64,000 bases of DNA, taken from NCBI GenBank assembly GCA_025358455.1, contig JANYJP010000133.1:10852-74851 (forward strand), in the 5' to 3' direction. A model generated the notes under the pieces. The model made no database searches and was not told where the DNA came from. It was given only the letters and a program-made list of their open reading frames with translations. Source of the DNA: Bacteroidales bacterium. Lineage in GTDB: Bacteria > Bacteroidota > Bacteroidia > Bacteroidales > VadinHA17. Made by a program: the position numbers and the translations under genes. Each line of letters begins with the position of its first letter. The first letter of the stretch is position 1. This document shows, piece after piece, positions 1-9,371 of this stretch.

Positions 1-212
1 GTTTGGTATAGAACACTATCTTCAAGATTGCCTTCATATATATTTATCACAGGTGCAGAAACACCCTTATATATGTCAATTTTGATTTTCAGGTTAGCAT
101 TTAGTGGTTCTCCCGATGTACAATCAGAACAATTCACAAACAGCACCTGCTTTTCACATGAGAAGCAGAAAATAAGTACAATCAAAAGCAAATATTTAAT
201 AGTAATTCTCAT
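1..212 (-). CDS. hypothetical lipoprotein, 3' end cut by window edge
   Basis: Not in the ORF track because there is no stop in the window. The reverse complement from the ATG at 212-210 reads MRITIKYLLLIVLIFCFSCEKQVLFVNCSDC..., a signal peptide with a lipobox-like Cys. The frame is open to position 1. It lies 34 nt downstream of the ankyrin gene on the same strand. Confidence 0.4.
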   Translation of the reverse strand, partial: MRITIKYLLLIVLIFCFSCEKQVLFVNCSDCTSGEPLNANLKIKIDIYKGVSAPVINIYEGNLEDSVLYQ

Positions 213-246
213 AGAAAAATTTAATATCTATTTGATATCCTTGTTT

Positions 247-1713
247 TTAATACCACCTTATTGGCCTTACTACTGTCCTTAAATTATCGAAATAATAGTT
301 ATATGATACTCCCAACCTTAGCCACAATGGTCCATTATGATAGAACTCAGTTTTCATATATTCAATCCCAAGATTTAAAGAAAGATTCATCTTTGTCATT
401 TTGAACGATATGGCAGGGATTACTTTGAATTTGTTATCTGTGCCAACCAGCGTCCCTCTCAGTTTATTTCCAAAGGAATAACCGGCCAGGAGCGAACCGG
501 AAAATGAATAATTGAATTTGCCGGGCCAATTTGTTAAAGCAAAATCTTTAAAAACTCCGGCATACGCAACAGAACCTTTGTCCATGTACTGATAGAAGAG
601 GTTTTCAGAGTGTCTGATAAGAACTTTTGTATACCATAATTTAATATCACAACCAACTATAAATCCTGCATTCAGGTATGGCTCTTTAATCGAAAGACTT
701 ATCCCTGTATAAATATCATGTATCAGAAATCTTGTCGAAAGAGAGATCGCAAGCTGGTCAAATTTATAGCTTACGTGTCCGGGGATATTATTTTTCTGAA
801 GGATTTTAATTATCTCCGGTCTGTTATACTTAGCTGCAATATTATAAGGATCGACTGCATCGTTCCCCGGATTTGCCCATTTATTACCGGTTCTTAAAAG
901 ATAATCAATTGCATAAGTCTGTCCAGTTGATATTGTCAGCGATAATGCATTATTATGAGCGTTATTAATTGCATATATATCGGCGCCTTTTTTATATAAG
1001 ATATCCATAATCAGAGTATCGGCATAAAATGAGGCAAGGAGAAAAGGAGTAAACCCATCGTTATCTTTTTCCTCCGGATCTGCCCCTTTCTGAATAAGAA
1101 GATCTGCTACATCGGTATTCCCTGCCCGGATAGCTGCAAGAAGAGGCGTAGTGCCGTCAGTTGATTTCAGATCTATAGCTGCATCATAATATAAAAGCAA
1201 ATCTGCAATATCTGTATATCCGTTTAGTGAAGCAAAGTGAAGAGGAGTCGCGTCATATCTTGAACGAAAATTTACATCTGCTCCAGCCCTGATTAATGCT
1301 TCAGCAACCTCAAAATACCTGTTTTTTACAGCTATCAGAAGAGGTGTTTCAATGTTATTGGTTGGTTTGTCAATAGTTGGTTCATATTGCAGCAGGGCTT
1401 TAACAGCTTCAATCCTGTTATTGGTGACTGCAAAAATCAATGGAGTAGCGCCTTCTTCAGTTTCTGCATTTACATCAGCTCCCTTACTTATCAAACGGTC
1501 AATTTCTGTGCTGTAACCTTTCGAGGCAGCAATCATTAGATTATAATCAAGCGCTCCTGCATAAAAAAATGGAATGTAATCAGTGGTATCTATCTGAGTA
1601 TCTTGAATTAATAAACTATCGCCTGACTTCAATTGGCAATAAGTTTTGCCGGTATTTAAAAGGAAAGCAAAAAGTATAATTGTCCGTATGGCTGTTAGTC
1701 TTATTGATGACAT
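247..1713 (-). CDS. secreted ankyrin-repeat protein with C-terminal beta-barrel-like domain
   Basis: N-terminal signal peptide (MSSIRLTAIRTIILFAFLLNTGKTYCQ). About 7 tandem ANK repeats carry the G-x-TPL-h-x-A...GADVN pattern (e.g. EGATPLIFAV, YDATPLHFAS, DGTTPLLAAI, DGFTPFLLAS). The last ~170 aa show alternating hydrophobic/polar strands and end in an aromatic residue (...PIRWY). Confidence 0.8.
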   Translation of the reverse strand: MSSIRLTAIRTIILFAFLLNTGKTYCQLKSGDSLLIQDTQIDTTDYIPFFYAGALDYNLMIAASKGYSTEIDRLISKGADVNAETEEGATPLIFAVTNNRIEAVKALLQYEPTIDKPTNNIETPLLIAVKNRYFEVAEALIRAGADVNFRSRYDATPLHFASLNGYTDIADLLLYYDAAIDLKSTDGTTPLLAAIRAGNTDVADLLIQKGADPEEKDNDGFTPFLLASFYADTLIMDILYKKGADIYAINNAHNNALSLTISTGQTYAIDYLLRTGNKWANPGNDAVDPYNIAAKYNRPEIIKILQKNNIPGHVSYKFDQLAISLSTRFLIHDIYTGISLSIKEPYLNAGFIVGCDIKLWYTKVLIRHSENLFYQYMDKGSVAYAGVFKDFALTNWPGKFNYSFSGSLLAGYSFGNKLRGTLVGTDNKFKVIPAISFKMTKMNLSLNLGIEYMKTEFYHNGPLWLRLGVSYNYYFDNLRTVVRPIRWY

Positions 1714-1968
1714 GAATGCAAAGTTAATTTTTTGATTCTTATTTTTATAGGTAAACGATCATTAGCCAAAAAAAAATATCCATTCCTGAAGCTATTACCG
1801 TGCAGGTGAACAGTTTTAGTTATATACTGTTATGGAATATCGGTTAGTTATAATCGATGACACAATTTATGGCAAAAACAAGAGTTTTAAATTATAAGGG
1901 GACTGTTATTATTTTTCAGAAACTAAAATTAGTGTACTTTATTGTAAATTTTATAATATACTTGCATT

Positions 1969-3330
1969 GTGAAAAGGAATGGTTTTTATTTTTATATTGC
2001 TAAAAATGATTTATTGTTAGCCAGAAGCAGAAAGATATTGTTGGTGAGCCTGATGCTATTCCTGGTCAGTCTCAACCCTGGTGCACAGGAAAACTGTGTG
2101 CTTGTTACTGATAAACTGGTTCCCCATAATGTGAGACTTGTTAATACCAATTCATCAGGGAATGAGTATGTGGGGCTTGAAAAGACAATTAATTCTTTTT
2201 TGCATAAATGGTCAATTGTCGGAGCATCAGTAGCAATAGCAAAAGATGGGAAACTTGTTTATGCAAAAGGATTCGGATATGCTGATACTGCTTCCAAAGT
2301 TGAAACACAACCATTCAATCAATTCAGAATAGCCAGTATTTCAAAGCTGGTAACTGCGGTCGCAATAATGAAACTCAAGGAAGAGGGTAAGCTATCTCTC
2401 GATGACAAAGTTTTTGGTCCGGATGGAATTCTGAACGATCCCTACTTCGATGAACCAAAAGACAAAAGAGTTTATGAAATTACCGTCGCACACCTTTTAG
2501 GCCATGAGGCAGGATGGTCTCAGCGATATGGTGATCAGATGTTTATGCCTACTTTGATAGCTGATAAGATGGGTGTTAAACCACCTGTTGATACAAAAAC
2601 AATTATCAGGTTCGCTCTGGATAAAAGACTACAGTACAAACCCGGGTCAGGTCGGGCATATTCAAATCTTGGATATAGTGTGCTTGGGCTCATTATTGAA
2701 AAGGTTTCAGGAATGTCATATGATAAATATTGTAAAAAAGCGATCTTTGAGCCACTCGGAATCTACGATATGACAATAGCCGGGAACTTGCCGTCCGATA
2801 AAGCGCTTTTTGAAGTAACATACTATGAACCTTCAGATGTAGTTCTGAAACCTTCAATATACGGGACAGGGGAAATGGTTACACCCAGTTATGGCGGTAA
2901 TGATATAAAATCCCTTGGTGGTGCAGGAGCCTGGCTTGCAACTGCTCCCGACCTGATGCGTCTGATGCTGGCCGTTGATGGATTCAACACGCGACCAGAT
3001 ATTCTCAGCGATGAGAGTATCAGATTTATGACTGACAACAACAATGGTTTTGCACCGGTTGGATGGAAAGCAACAATCATTGATGGTACCTGGTGGAGAA
3101 CAGGATCATTTCCAGGAAGTGCCGGTATGATGAAAAGGCAATCTGATGGTTTATCGTGGGTGGTACTTTTTAACTCGAGCGCCTGGAACGGACCTGAAAT
3201 TTATTCCTATATAAATAATATGATGTACAGGGTGTTTTCGCAGACTAAAACATGGTCAGACATTGATCTGTTCAATTACTCAATTCCTGTACCTCTGAAA
3301 ACTACCCTTGCCGGATATTCAGTAATATAA
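1969..3330 (+). CDS. serine hydrolase, class C beta-lactamase / PBP-like family
   Basis: SxxK nucleophile motif (ASISK) and a Y-x-N motif (YSNLGY). N-terminal hydrophobic signal. The start is GTG and uncertain. Confidence 0.8.
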   Translation: MKRNGFYFYIAKNDLLLARSRKILLVSLMLFLVSLNPGAQENCVLVTDKLVPHNVRLVNTNSSGNEYVGLEKTINSFLHKWSIVGASVAIAKDGKLVYAKGFGYADTASKVETQPFNQFRIASISKLVTAVAIMKLKEEGKLSLDDKVFGPDGILNDPYFDEPKDKRVYEITVAHLLGHEAGWSQRYGDQMFMPTLIADKMGVKPPVDTKTIIRFALDKRLQYKPGSGRAYSNLGYSVLGLIIEKVSGMSYDKYCKKAIFEPLGIYDMTIAGNLPSDKALFEVTYYEPSDVVLKPSIYGTGEMVTPSYGGNDIKSLGGAGAWLATAPDLMRLMLAVDGFNTRPDILSDESIRFMTDNNNGFAPVGWKATIIDGTWWRTGSFPGSAGMMKRQSDGLSWVVLFNSSAWNGPEIYSYINNMMYRVFSQTKTWSDIDLFNYSIPVPLKTTLAGYSVI

Positions 3331-3443
3331 TTATGTGTTTTTCAGTTAATGTCAACCTTGTTAAGGAAGAACTTGAGAACAGATATGGTGCAACCTTAAT
3401 TGACCCTATGGGTTTGCTGCTCGCGCTAAAGACCACATACCTA

Positions 3444-4196
3444 TTACTGGGCCACAAACATATAAGTAAGAGTGCCGGTTTGAGTTTTCGGTAAATTTAT
3501 ATTGGGGCTGAATTTCGACATCAAAGCTGTTGTTACTGCTGTTTCGATCAGGCAATCATCAGTTGTAGTACTATCTCCTACAATTATATGCGCCTTTTCT
3601 ACATCGCCTCTCTGATTGACTTCAATTGAAAGAACAACTTTACCTGACCCCTGGCACATATAAATGGGAAGTGGGAGATAACTGTGAGTCCTTCCGGCCA
3701 GGTCGTAATATATGCGGGTTGGACCTTTATAATTCGCAGCTATTTCCTGTGATTTTTTTGATTTTTCTGTTTTCCTTGAATTTGCCGTGTCTTTTGCAAT
3801 ACTAATCTTTTCATCACCCTTGCTCTCAGCCAGTCTTTTTTGTTCATCGATATAATTATCAACTCCCAGTTTTCCGCTTTGGATCAATTCCTCTTTCACT
3901 TTCTCAATATAATCATCGGGATTTATCTTTTGCTCACTCTTATTTGCAAGATTCCTTGCAATATTAAGCAACTCCTTGTCACCCTGAAGTATTTTCTCAA
4001 TAGATGTAACAGGCTGAATATCAACTGGCTTCATTTTAGCCAGGATTTCCTCGGCTGTAGCAAATTCAACTAAGAACTTATTCTTTTGTTCTTTTTGTAA
4101 TGATTTGATCTGAAATGACATGAAGATAATACCGGCAATAAGATGTATTATTACAGTACCAAGTAACCCAACCACTCTGTCTTCATGTTTTCTCAT
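3444..4196 (-). CDS. TonB/TolA-like energy-transducer family protein
   Basis: Single N-terminal TM helix, a long charged K/E-rich linker and a C-terminal TonB_C-like domain (GSGKVVLSIEVNQRGDV...). Confidence 0.5.
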   Translation of the reverse strand: MRKHEDRVVGLLGTVIIHLIAGIIFMSFQIKSLQKEQKNKFLVEFATAEEILAKMKPVDIQPVTSIEKILQGDKELLNIARNLANKSEQKINPDDYIEKVKEELIQSGKLGVDNYIDEQKRLAESKGDEKISIAKDTANSRKTEKSKKSQEIAANYKGPTRIYYDLAGRTHSYLPLPIYMCQGSGKVVLSIEVNQRGDVEKAHIIVGDSTTTDDCLIETAVTTALMSKFSPNINLPKTQTGTLTYMFVAQ

Positions 4197-4321
4197 AGAA
4201 TGCGAAATTATAAATTATTACTTTTGTAAATCAATTACATTCAATAATTAATTGCCAGCATGCATTTTTATTGAAGATTTTAACATACACGTTTTGATAA
4301 CCTAGATTCAGTTAAGAAAAG

Positions 4322-4900
4322 ATGAAAAAAGAATTAATTCTTGAAATTATTCAGGAAAGATGGAGCCCTTACGCTTTTTCTTCAAATCCAGTGGAGGATT
4401 ATAAATTAAAAGCGATGTTTGAGGCCGCAGGCTATGCTCCGTCATGTAATAATGAACAGCCATGGATGTTCGTTTATACCACCCAACATGATGAAAAGAT
4501 ATTCAGTGATTATCTGGGATTTATGGTTGATTCAAACAAAGTGTGGGCAAAATATGCATATGCTATCGGAATAAGTATGGCCAGAACAAAATTCTTGTAT
4601 AATGGAAAACCAAACCGACATGCCTTCCATGATACGGGAATGGCAGTTTCAAATCTTCTACTTCAGGCTCTTACAATGGATGTGTATGTTCACCAGATGG
4701 CAGGTTTCTCGGTTGAAAAGGTTAGGGAGTATTTTAATCTGACCGATGAAATTGAACCTGTGGCAATGATGGCAATAGGTTATCTTGGCGATGGTAATTC
4801 ACTTTCTCCCGAGCTTTTAAAGAGAGATGAAAAAAGAAGACCAAGAAAATCGGTTAATGAGTTTGTTTTTAAAAATTTACTGAGTAAACCAGCATTTTAA
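4322..4900 (+). CDS. nitroreductase family protein
   Basis: Nitroreductase-fold signatures (RWSPYAFS, PSCNNEQPWMF) and typical length (192 aa). Confidence 0.75.
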   Translation: MKKELILEIIQERWSPYAFSSNPVEDYKLKAMFEAAGYAPSCNNEQPWMFVYTTQHDEKIFSDYLGFMVDSNKVWAKYAYAIGISMARTKFLYNGKPNRHAFHDTGMAVSNLLLQALTMDVYVHQMAGFSVEKVREYFNLTDEIEPVAMMAIGYLGDGNSLSPELLKRDEKRRPRKSVNEFVFKNLLSKPAF

Positions 4901-4903
4901 TTT

Positions 4904-4931
4904 GTAGGGACGTTGCATGCAACGTCCCTAC
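4904..4931. terminator. perfect 28-bp palindrome, probable bidirectional terminator hairpin
   Basis: gtagggacgttgcatgcaacgtccctac equals its own reverse complement. It sits in the 44-bp gap between convergent genes (4322-4900 + and 4945-5625 -). Confidence 0.55.
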
Positions 4932-4944
4932 GCATGCAACGGCC

Positions 4945-5625
4945 CTACTTTTTTATTTTTTTTCTGACCTTGGCATTCACAGGTTTATTAAACTTTTGAT
5001 TTTTAAATAGCCCGTTTTTTATACCTTTAATGAATTTCGACCAGGCAAACGGGTTTAACAGGTTATTGACAGGATATTGGTTTCTTGTGGCCATAGCATT
5101 GAAATTCTGCTCCATAAAATATCTGTAACCTGCTTCAGGTGAGATTTTATAATTCGATTGGTTTGAAATTGAAACATAAATTGAGGCAATGTTATCATTC
5201 ATATTTTCAATTATCGGATCAACCGGATGCTCCCTGGTCATATCTTTAATAAAATCATTGTAACTCTTCCAGGGGAGGATCGTTATCGCATCAATCTGAA
5301 TAGTATCAATATCCAGCACTATATCAACATTACAGTGTCTGTCAGGATATGATTCAGGAATTATTGTATAGTATCTCTTGAATCCCAGAGCTCTGAAAAA
5401 TATTGAGTCTCCCTGTGTACTTGTAATAGAATAGATTCCGGTTGGTTCACTAATGGTTGCCCTGTGAAGTTTCTTTGATATTATAGATACCCCACCAACA
5501 GGTCTGTCTGAAATGTCTGTAATGATTCCACTTACCTGAATATAAATCTTTGTTTCAATCGTCTGGCCAGATATGGCAGATTCATACAAAATAAAGAGTA
5601 ATAGAATATAAGAAAATCTGTTCAA
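4945..5625 (-). CDS. carboxypeptidase-regulatory-like (CarboxypepD_reg) domain protein
   Basis: Signal peptide followed by the typical GIITD..D.PVGGVSI......T.S...G.Y.I beta-sandwich pattern. Confidence 0.6.
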   Translation of the reverse strand: MNRFSYILLLFILYESAISGQTIETKIYIQVSGIITDISDRPVGGVSIISKKLHRATISEPTGIYSITSTQGDSIFFRALGFKRYYTIIPESYPDRHCNVDIVLDIDTIQIDAITILPWKSYNDFIKDMTREHPVDPIIENMNDNIASIYVSISNQSNYKISPEAGYRYFMEQNFNAMATRNQYPVNNLLNPFAWSKFIKGIKNGLFKNQKFNKPVNAKVRKKIKK

Positions 5626-6016
5626 TTAGAACCGGTGTTTTACTTAAATAATTGAATTACGCCTGCAAATTAAGCAATATAGAATGTAATGGTAAAACTT
5701 TTAACTATATTTTAACTTCAGAAAGAAAAGATACCTTTTTAAAACATCTGAAGAACTTAATATTAAAAAATTTAATATCGAAAAACATTTATATGCATTA
5801 TATAATTTTCCGGGAAATTACCTTCGGCTTTCGACCGGTATAGCCGGCTGCATCCGACGAAGTCGGTGCGCTCATACTCAAGTGGATTCAGAGCCGCGAT
5901 ATAATGCTATTATCGATACCTGTTACTCCTAATTTATTTATTTAATCATTCATCATTTTTAAATAGAGAAAATATTCTAATATTTGTTCCCTGGCACTTA
6001 ATACTATATCCACGAT

Positions 6017-7612
6017 ATGAACAGATTACTACTACTTGGAGATGAAGCAATAGCCCAGGCTGCTTTAGATGCCGGTTTAAGCGGAATGTATGCCTACCCG
6101 GGTACTCCTTCAACTGAGATCATGGAGTATATCCAATCGTCAAAAGATGCAGCAGAACGTAAAGTGAGAAGAGACTGGTCATGTAATGAAAAGACTGCCA
6201 TGGAGGCTGCATTAGGAATGTCATATGCAGGTAAAAGGTCAATGGTTGCTATGAAGCATGTCGGTTTGAATGTAGCAGCAGATGGGTTTATTAATTCAGC
6301 CATGACCGGGGTAAATGGTGGTCTTATTGTAGTATCAGCCGATGACCCCTCAATGCATTCTTCTCAGAATGAACAGGATTCAAGGTTTTACGGAAAGTTC
6401 GCTTCGGTGCCTTGTTTCGAACCTTCAAATCAGCAGGAAGCTTACGATATGATTTTTGACGCTTTTGAGGCTTCAGAAAAATATAAAGTACCCATTCTGT
6501 TCAGAATTACCACAAGGCTTGCACATTCAAGGGCAAATGTTGAGCTGCGTGATGCTCTTCCTGAAAGAAAGTTATCCCTGCCCCCTGATCCTTTGCAGTT
6601 TGTTCTTCTGCCCGCGATTGCCAGGAAAAAGTATAAAGGCTTGCTCTCTTCGTACGAATCATTGAAATATGATATAAGACTTTCAAAATACAATTCTTTT
6701 AAGGATGGAAGTAAAAGAGAGCTTGGAATAATCGCCTGTGGAATAGCGTATAACTATCTGATGGAGAATATAAGTGAGGAAACAAACCAAATACCGGTAC
6801 TGAAGATTTCGGCCTATCCTTTTCCCCCGGACCTTATCAGGGAAATTACCTCAAGGTGTAATGAAGTGTTGGTTCTTGAAGAGGGGGCGCCCATTGTTGA
6901 AGAAGCATTACGGGGAATTCTGGATAATGGTATTAAAATATTTGGCAGACTTGACGGAACTGTTCCGCGCGATGGAGAACTAAATCCATCGATTGTTGCC
7001 AAAGCATTGGGTTTGCCTGTTACTTATGGCGAAGCTGTCCCCTCTATTGTTAAAATGAGACCTCCTTCATTTTGTAAGGGTTGTGGCCATGCCGATATGT
7101 TCGATTCATTAATTGAAGCAATTAATTCCTATGGTCCGGGCCGGGTATTTTCCGACATTGGGTGTTATACTCTTGGGGCGTTGCCTCCGTATAGTGCAAT
7201 AAACTCATGTGTTGATATGGGCGCTTCTGTGACGATGGCCATAGGAGCTGATGATGCCGGCTTATTTCCGTCAGTGGCTGTAATAGGCGATTCGACTTTT
7301 ACTCACTCAGGGATGACCGGATTGCTTGATGCCGTAGTAAAAAACTCAAAAATAACAGTTATAATTTCAGATAATTCAACCACGGGAATGACTGGTGGTC
7401 AGCAATCACAGGCTACAGGCAGACTTGTTCAAATTTGCGAAGGTATCGGAGTTATCATGGAACATATCAGGGTAATGGTGCCTTTACGCAGGAATCATGA
7501 GGAAAATGTACGAATAATGAAGGAAGAATTTGACTACAAAGGAGTCTCTGTAATAATTGCTATGCGCGAATGCATTCAAACTGCGTCAAAAAGAAAAAAA
7601 TCTGAAGATTAA
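6017..7612 (+). CDS. iorA: indolepyruvate:ferredoxin oxidoreductase, alpha subunit (TPP-binding)
   Basis: Full-length family resemblance, a CKGCGH cysteine motif and TPP-binding GDSTFTHSGMTGL. The beta subunit follows directly. Confidence 0.85.
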   Translation: MNRLLLLGDEAIAQAALDAGLSGMYAYPGTPSTEIMEYIQSSKDAAERKVRRDWSCNEKTAMEAALGMSYAGKRSMVAMKHVGLNVAADGFINSAMTGVNGGLIVVSADDPSMHSSQNEQDSRFYGKFASVPCFEPSNQQEAYDMIFDAFEASEKYKVPILFRITTRLAHSRANVELRDALPERKLSLPPDPLQFVLLPAIARKKYKGLLSSYESLKYDIRLSKYNSFKDGSKRELGIIACGIAYNYLMENISEETNQIPVLKISAYPFPPDLIREITSRCNEVLVLEEGAPIVEEALRGILDNGIKIFGRLDGTVPRDGELNPSIVAKALGLPVTYGEAVPSIVKMRPPSFCKGCGHADMFDSLIEAINSYGPGRVFSDIGCYTLGALPPYSAINSCVDMGASVTMAIGADDAGLFPSVAVIGDSTFTHSGMTGLLDAVVKNSKITVIISDNSTTGMTGGQQSQATGRLVQICEGIGVIMEHIRVMVPLRRNHEENVRIMKEEFDYKGVSVIIAMRECIQTASKRKKSED

Positions 7613-7638
7613 TCTGTTTAACATCAATCTGAAGTGTA

Positions 7639-8223
7639 ATGAAGAGTGATATAATATTATCAGGAGTAGGCGGACAGGGAATATTATCTATTGCAGCTAC
7701 GATCGGACTTGCTGCTGTTGATAACAATCTTTTTCTAAAACAGGCTGAAGTACATGGAATGAGCCAGAGAGGCGGGGATGTACAATCGCATCTCAGGCTT
7801 TCTGATAAGCCTGTTGCATCTGATCTGATCCCTTATGGGAAAGCCGATCTTATACTATCTGTAGAACCCATGGAATCGCTCCGGTATCTTCCGTGGCTGT
7901 CAAAATCAGGATGGCTTGTTACCAATTCAAATCCTTTTATCAATATTACTGATTATCCGCCTCTCGATGAGATACTTAGCGAGATAAAGAAGATAAAGAA
8001 CCATATTATTATTGATGCTGATGCAATTGCTAAGGAATGCGGATCGGTACGATCGGGTAATCTGGTAATTTTAGGTGCGGCGTCACCATTTATCGATATG
8101 CCATATGAAAGTCTTGAAAATGCAATAAGAAAACTGTTTGGACGCAAAGGGGAGGAGATAGTTGAAATAAACCTGAAGGCTCTCAGAGCAGGAAGAAATT
8201 ATTCAAACGATCTTAAAATTTGA
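7639..8223 (+). CDS. iorB: indolepyruvate oxidoreductase, beta subunit
   Basis: GVGGQGILS gamma-domain motif of 2-oxoacid:ferredoxin oxidoreductases. 26 nt downstream of iorA. Confidence 0.8.
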   Translation: MKSDIILSGVGGQGILSIAATIGLAAVDNNLFLKQAEVHGMSQRGGDVQSHLRLSDKPVASDLIPYGKADLILSVEPMESLRYLPWLSKSGWLVTNSNPFINITDYPPLDEILSEIKKIKNHIIIDADAIAKECGSVRSGNLVILGAASPFIDMPYESLENAIRKLFGRKGEEIVEINLKALRAGRNYSNDLKI

Positions 8224-9202
8224 AAAATCCATTAACATAAATAGCATTTGAATTTTTTGTGCCCGAATCATAAGCATTAGAGCCCTGATAACTTAAAGCC
8301 AATTTTACATTCTGACTGAACGTATACTGTAGGCCATAAACTGCAAAGCTTCCGTCAATCTTATGATGCCATTTGAGTATATCACCAGGTAATATAACTG
8401 AAGTGGAATAATCATAGCGTGCAAAAATTTCTGCCTTTTTAAATATTGTGATCCCGCCGGTTGCGGAGATTCCCCACGCGTCATGTCCTTCGTTCATATC
8501 AAGATTTGTTTTGTAGCTTGCTTCACCGCCGAGAGTTATTAATTCATTCTTAAAACCGACAAATCCAATAAGTGTATATTGCAGAATCCCATTAGGCTTG
8601 TTTACGTCTCCATATAATCTTATTGCAATTTGTTTTATTGGTTTTATGATTAAGCCCATTGAGGTTTTTAGAAAATTATCAAGTTGAAGTTCCGAATAAC
8701 CTTCTCCGTTCATCAGTGTAAAATCAGCAGTAACAAAATCATTAAATTTATAGTCAACTACCAAACCAAGATCCGCAACATACCCATACCCGTTAATTGA
8801 CTGATAAGTATTTGCGATATATCTTTTTCCCCAGAACTTCTGCTGAAAATCAAAAAGGCGGGTAGTTGTTATTCCAAATGACACATTGAGGTTATCTTTT
8901 GAATATGACATTGAAGCCTCTCTGAAATAAGCGTATCTTCGATGAGTTGCATCAGCGCTCAGATCATCCGGACTGCCGATATTAAGAATTAAAGTACCAT
9001 AAAAGTTACCTTCAGGTTGATACCTGTATCCAAGATATGCCCTGTTTAGTCCGAATCCTGTCGTCTTTGATGTATCATTAAGATTATAATGAAAATCAGT
9101 AAAGATTTCAGCAATTGCTTTTCCCTGGGTAACTGTAGTTTGTGCTTTAATTGTTCCAGCATATATGGTACAGAAAAGCAAGACGGAGAGGATTCTTTTC
9201 AT
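8213..9202 (-). CDS. outer-membrane porin (beta-barrel)
   Basis: Signal peptide, alternating beta-strand pattern throughout, FGLNRAYLGYRY motif and a C-terminal Phe. The 3' end overlaps the iorB 3' end by 11 nt (convergent). Confidence 0.6.
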   Translation of the reverse strand: MKRILSVLLFCTIYAGTIKAQTTVTQGKAIAEIFTDFHYNLNDTSKTTGFGLNRAYLGYRYQPEGNFYGTLILNIGSPDDLSADATHRRYAYFREASMSYSKDNLNVSFGITTTRLFDFQQKFWGKRYIANTYQSINGYGYVADLGLVVDYKFNDFVTADFTLMNGEGYSELQLDNFLKTSMGLIIKPIKQIAIRLYGDVNKPNGILQYTLIGFVGFKNELITLGGEASYKTNLDMNEGHDAWGISATGGITIFKKAEIFARYDYSTSVILPGDILKWHHKIDGSFAVYGLQYTFSQNVKLALSYQGSNAYDSGTKNSNAIYVNGFFKF

Positions 9203-9371
9203 TATGGGAAATTCAATAATAGCTTAAGTTAGAATACGCAAATGTAAAATTTTAATATTTATACATAGAGGTATCGTAATATTTTTTAATCTTTTATAGA
9301 AACAACATCTGAAAACAGCATAATTCAAAAGATTTATTGTTTTATTTGATAAAGATTTTAAATCAATTGAA

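Noticed and set aside
28-282. Track ORF 28-282 (+).
   Set aside because: It runs antisense to a better-supported minus-strand lipoprotein ORF and to the 3' end of the ankyrin gene. Its translation is low-complexity.
5652-5843. Track ORF in the iorA upstream region.
   Set aside because: The translation is AT-rich and low-complexity (…KNLILKNLISKNIY…) with no homology features. The region is treated as non-coding leader.
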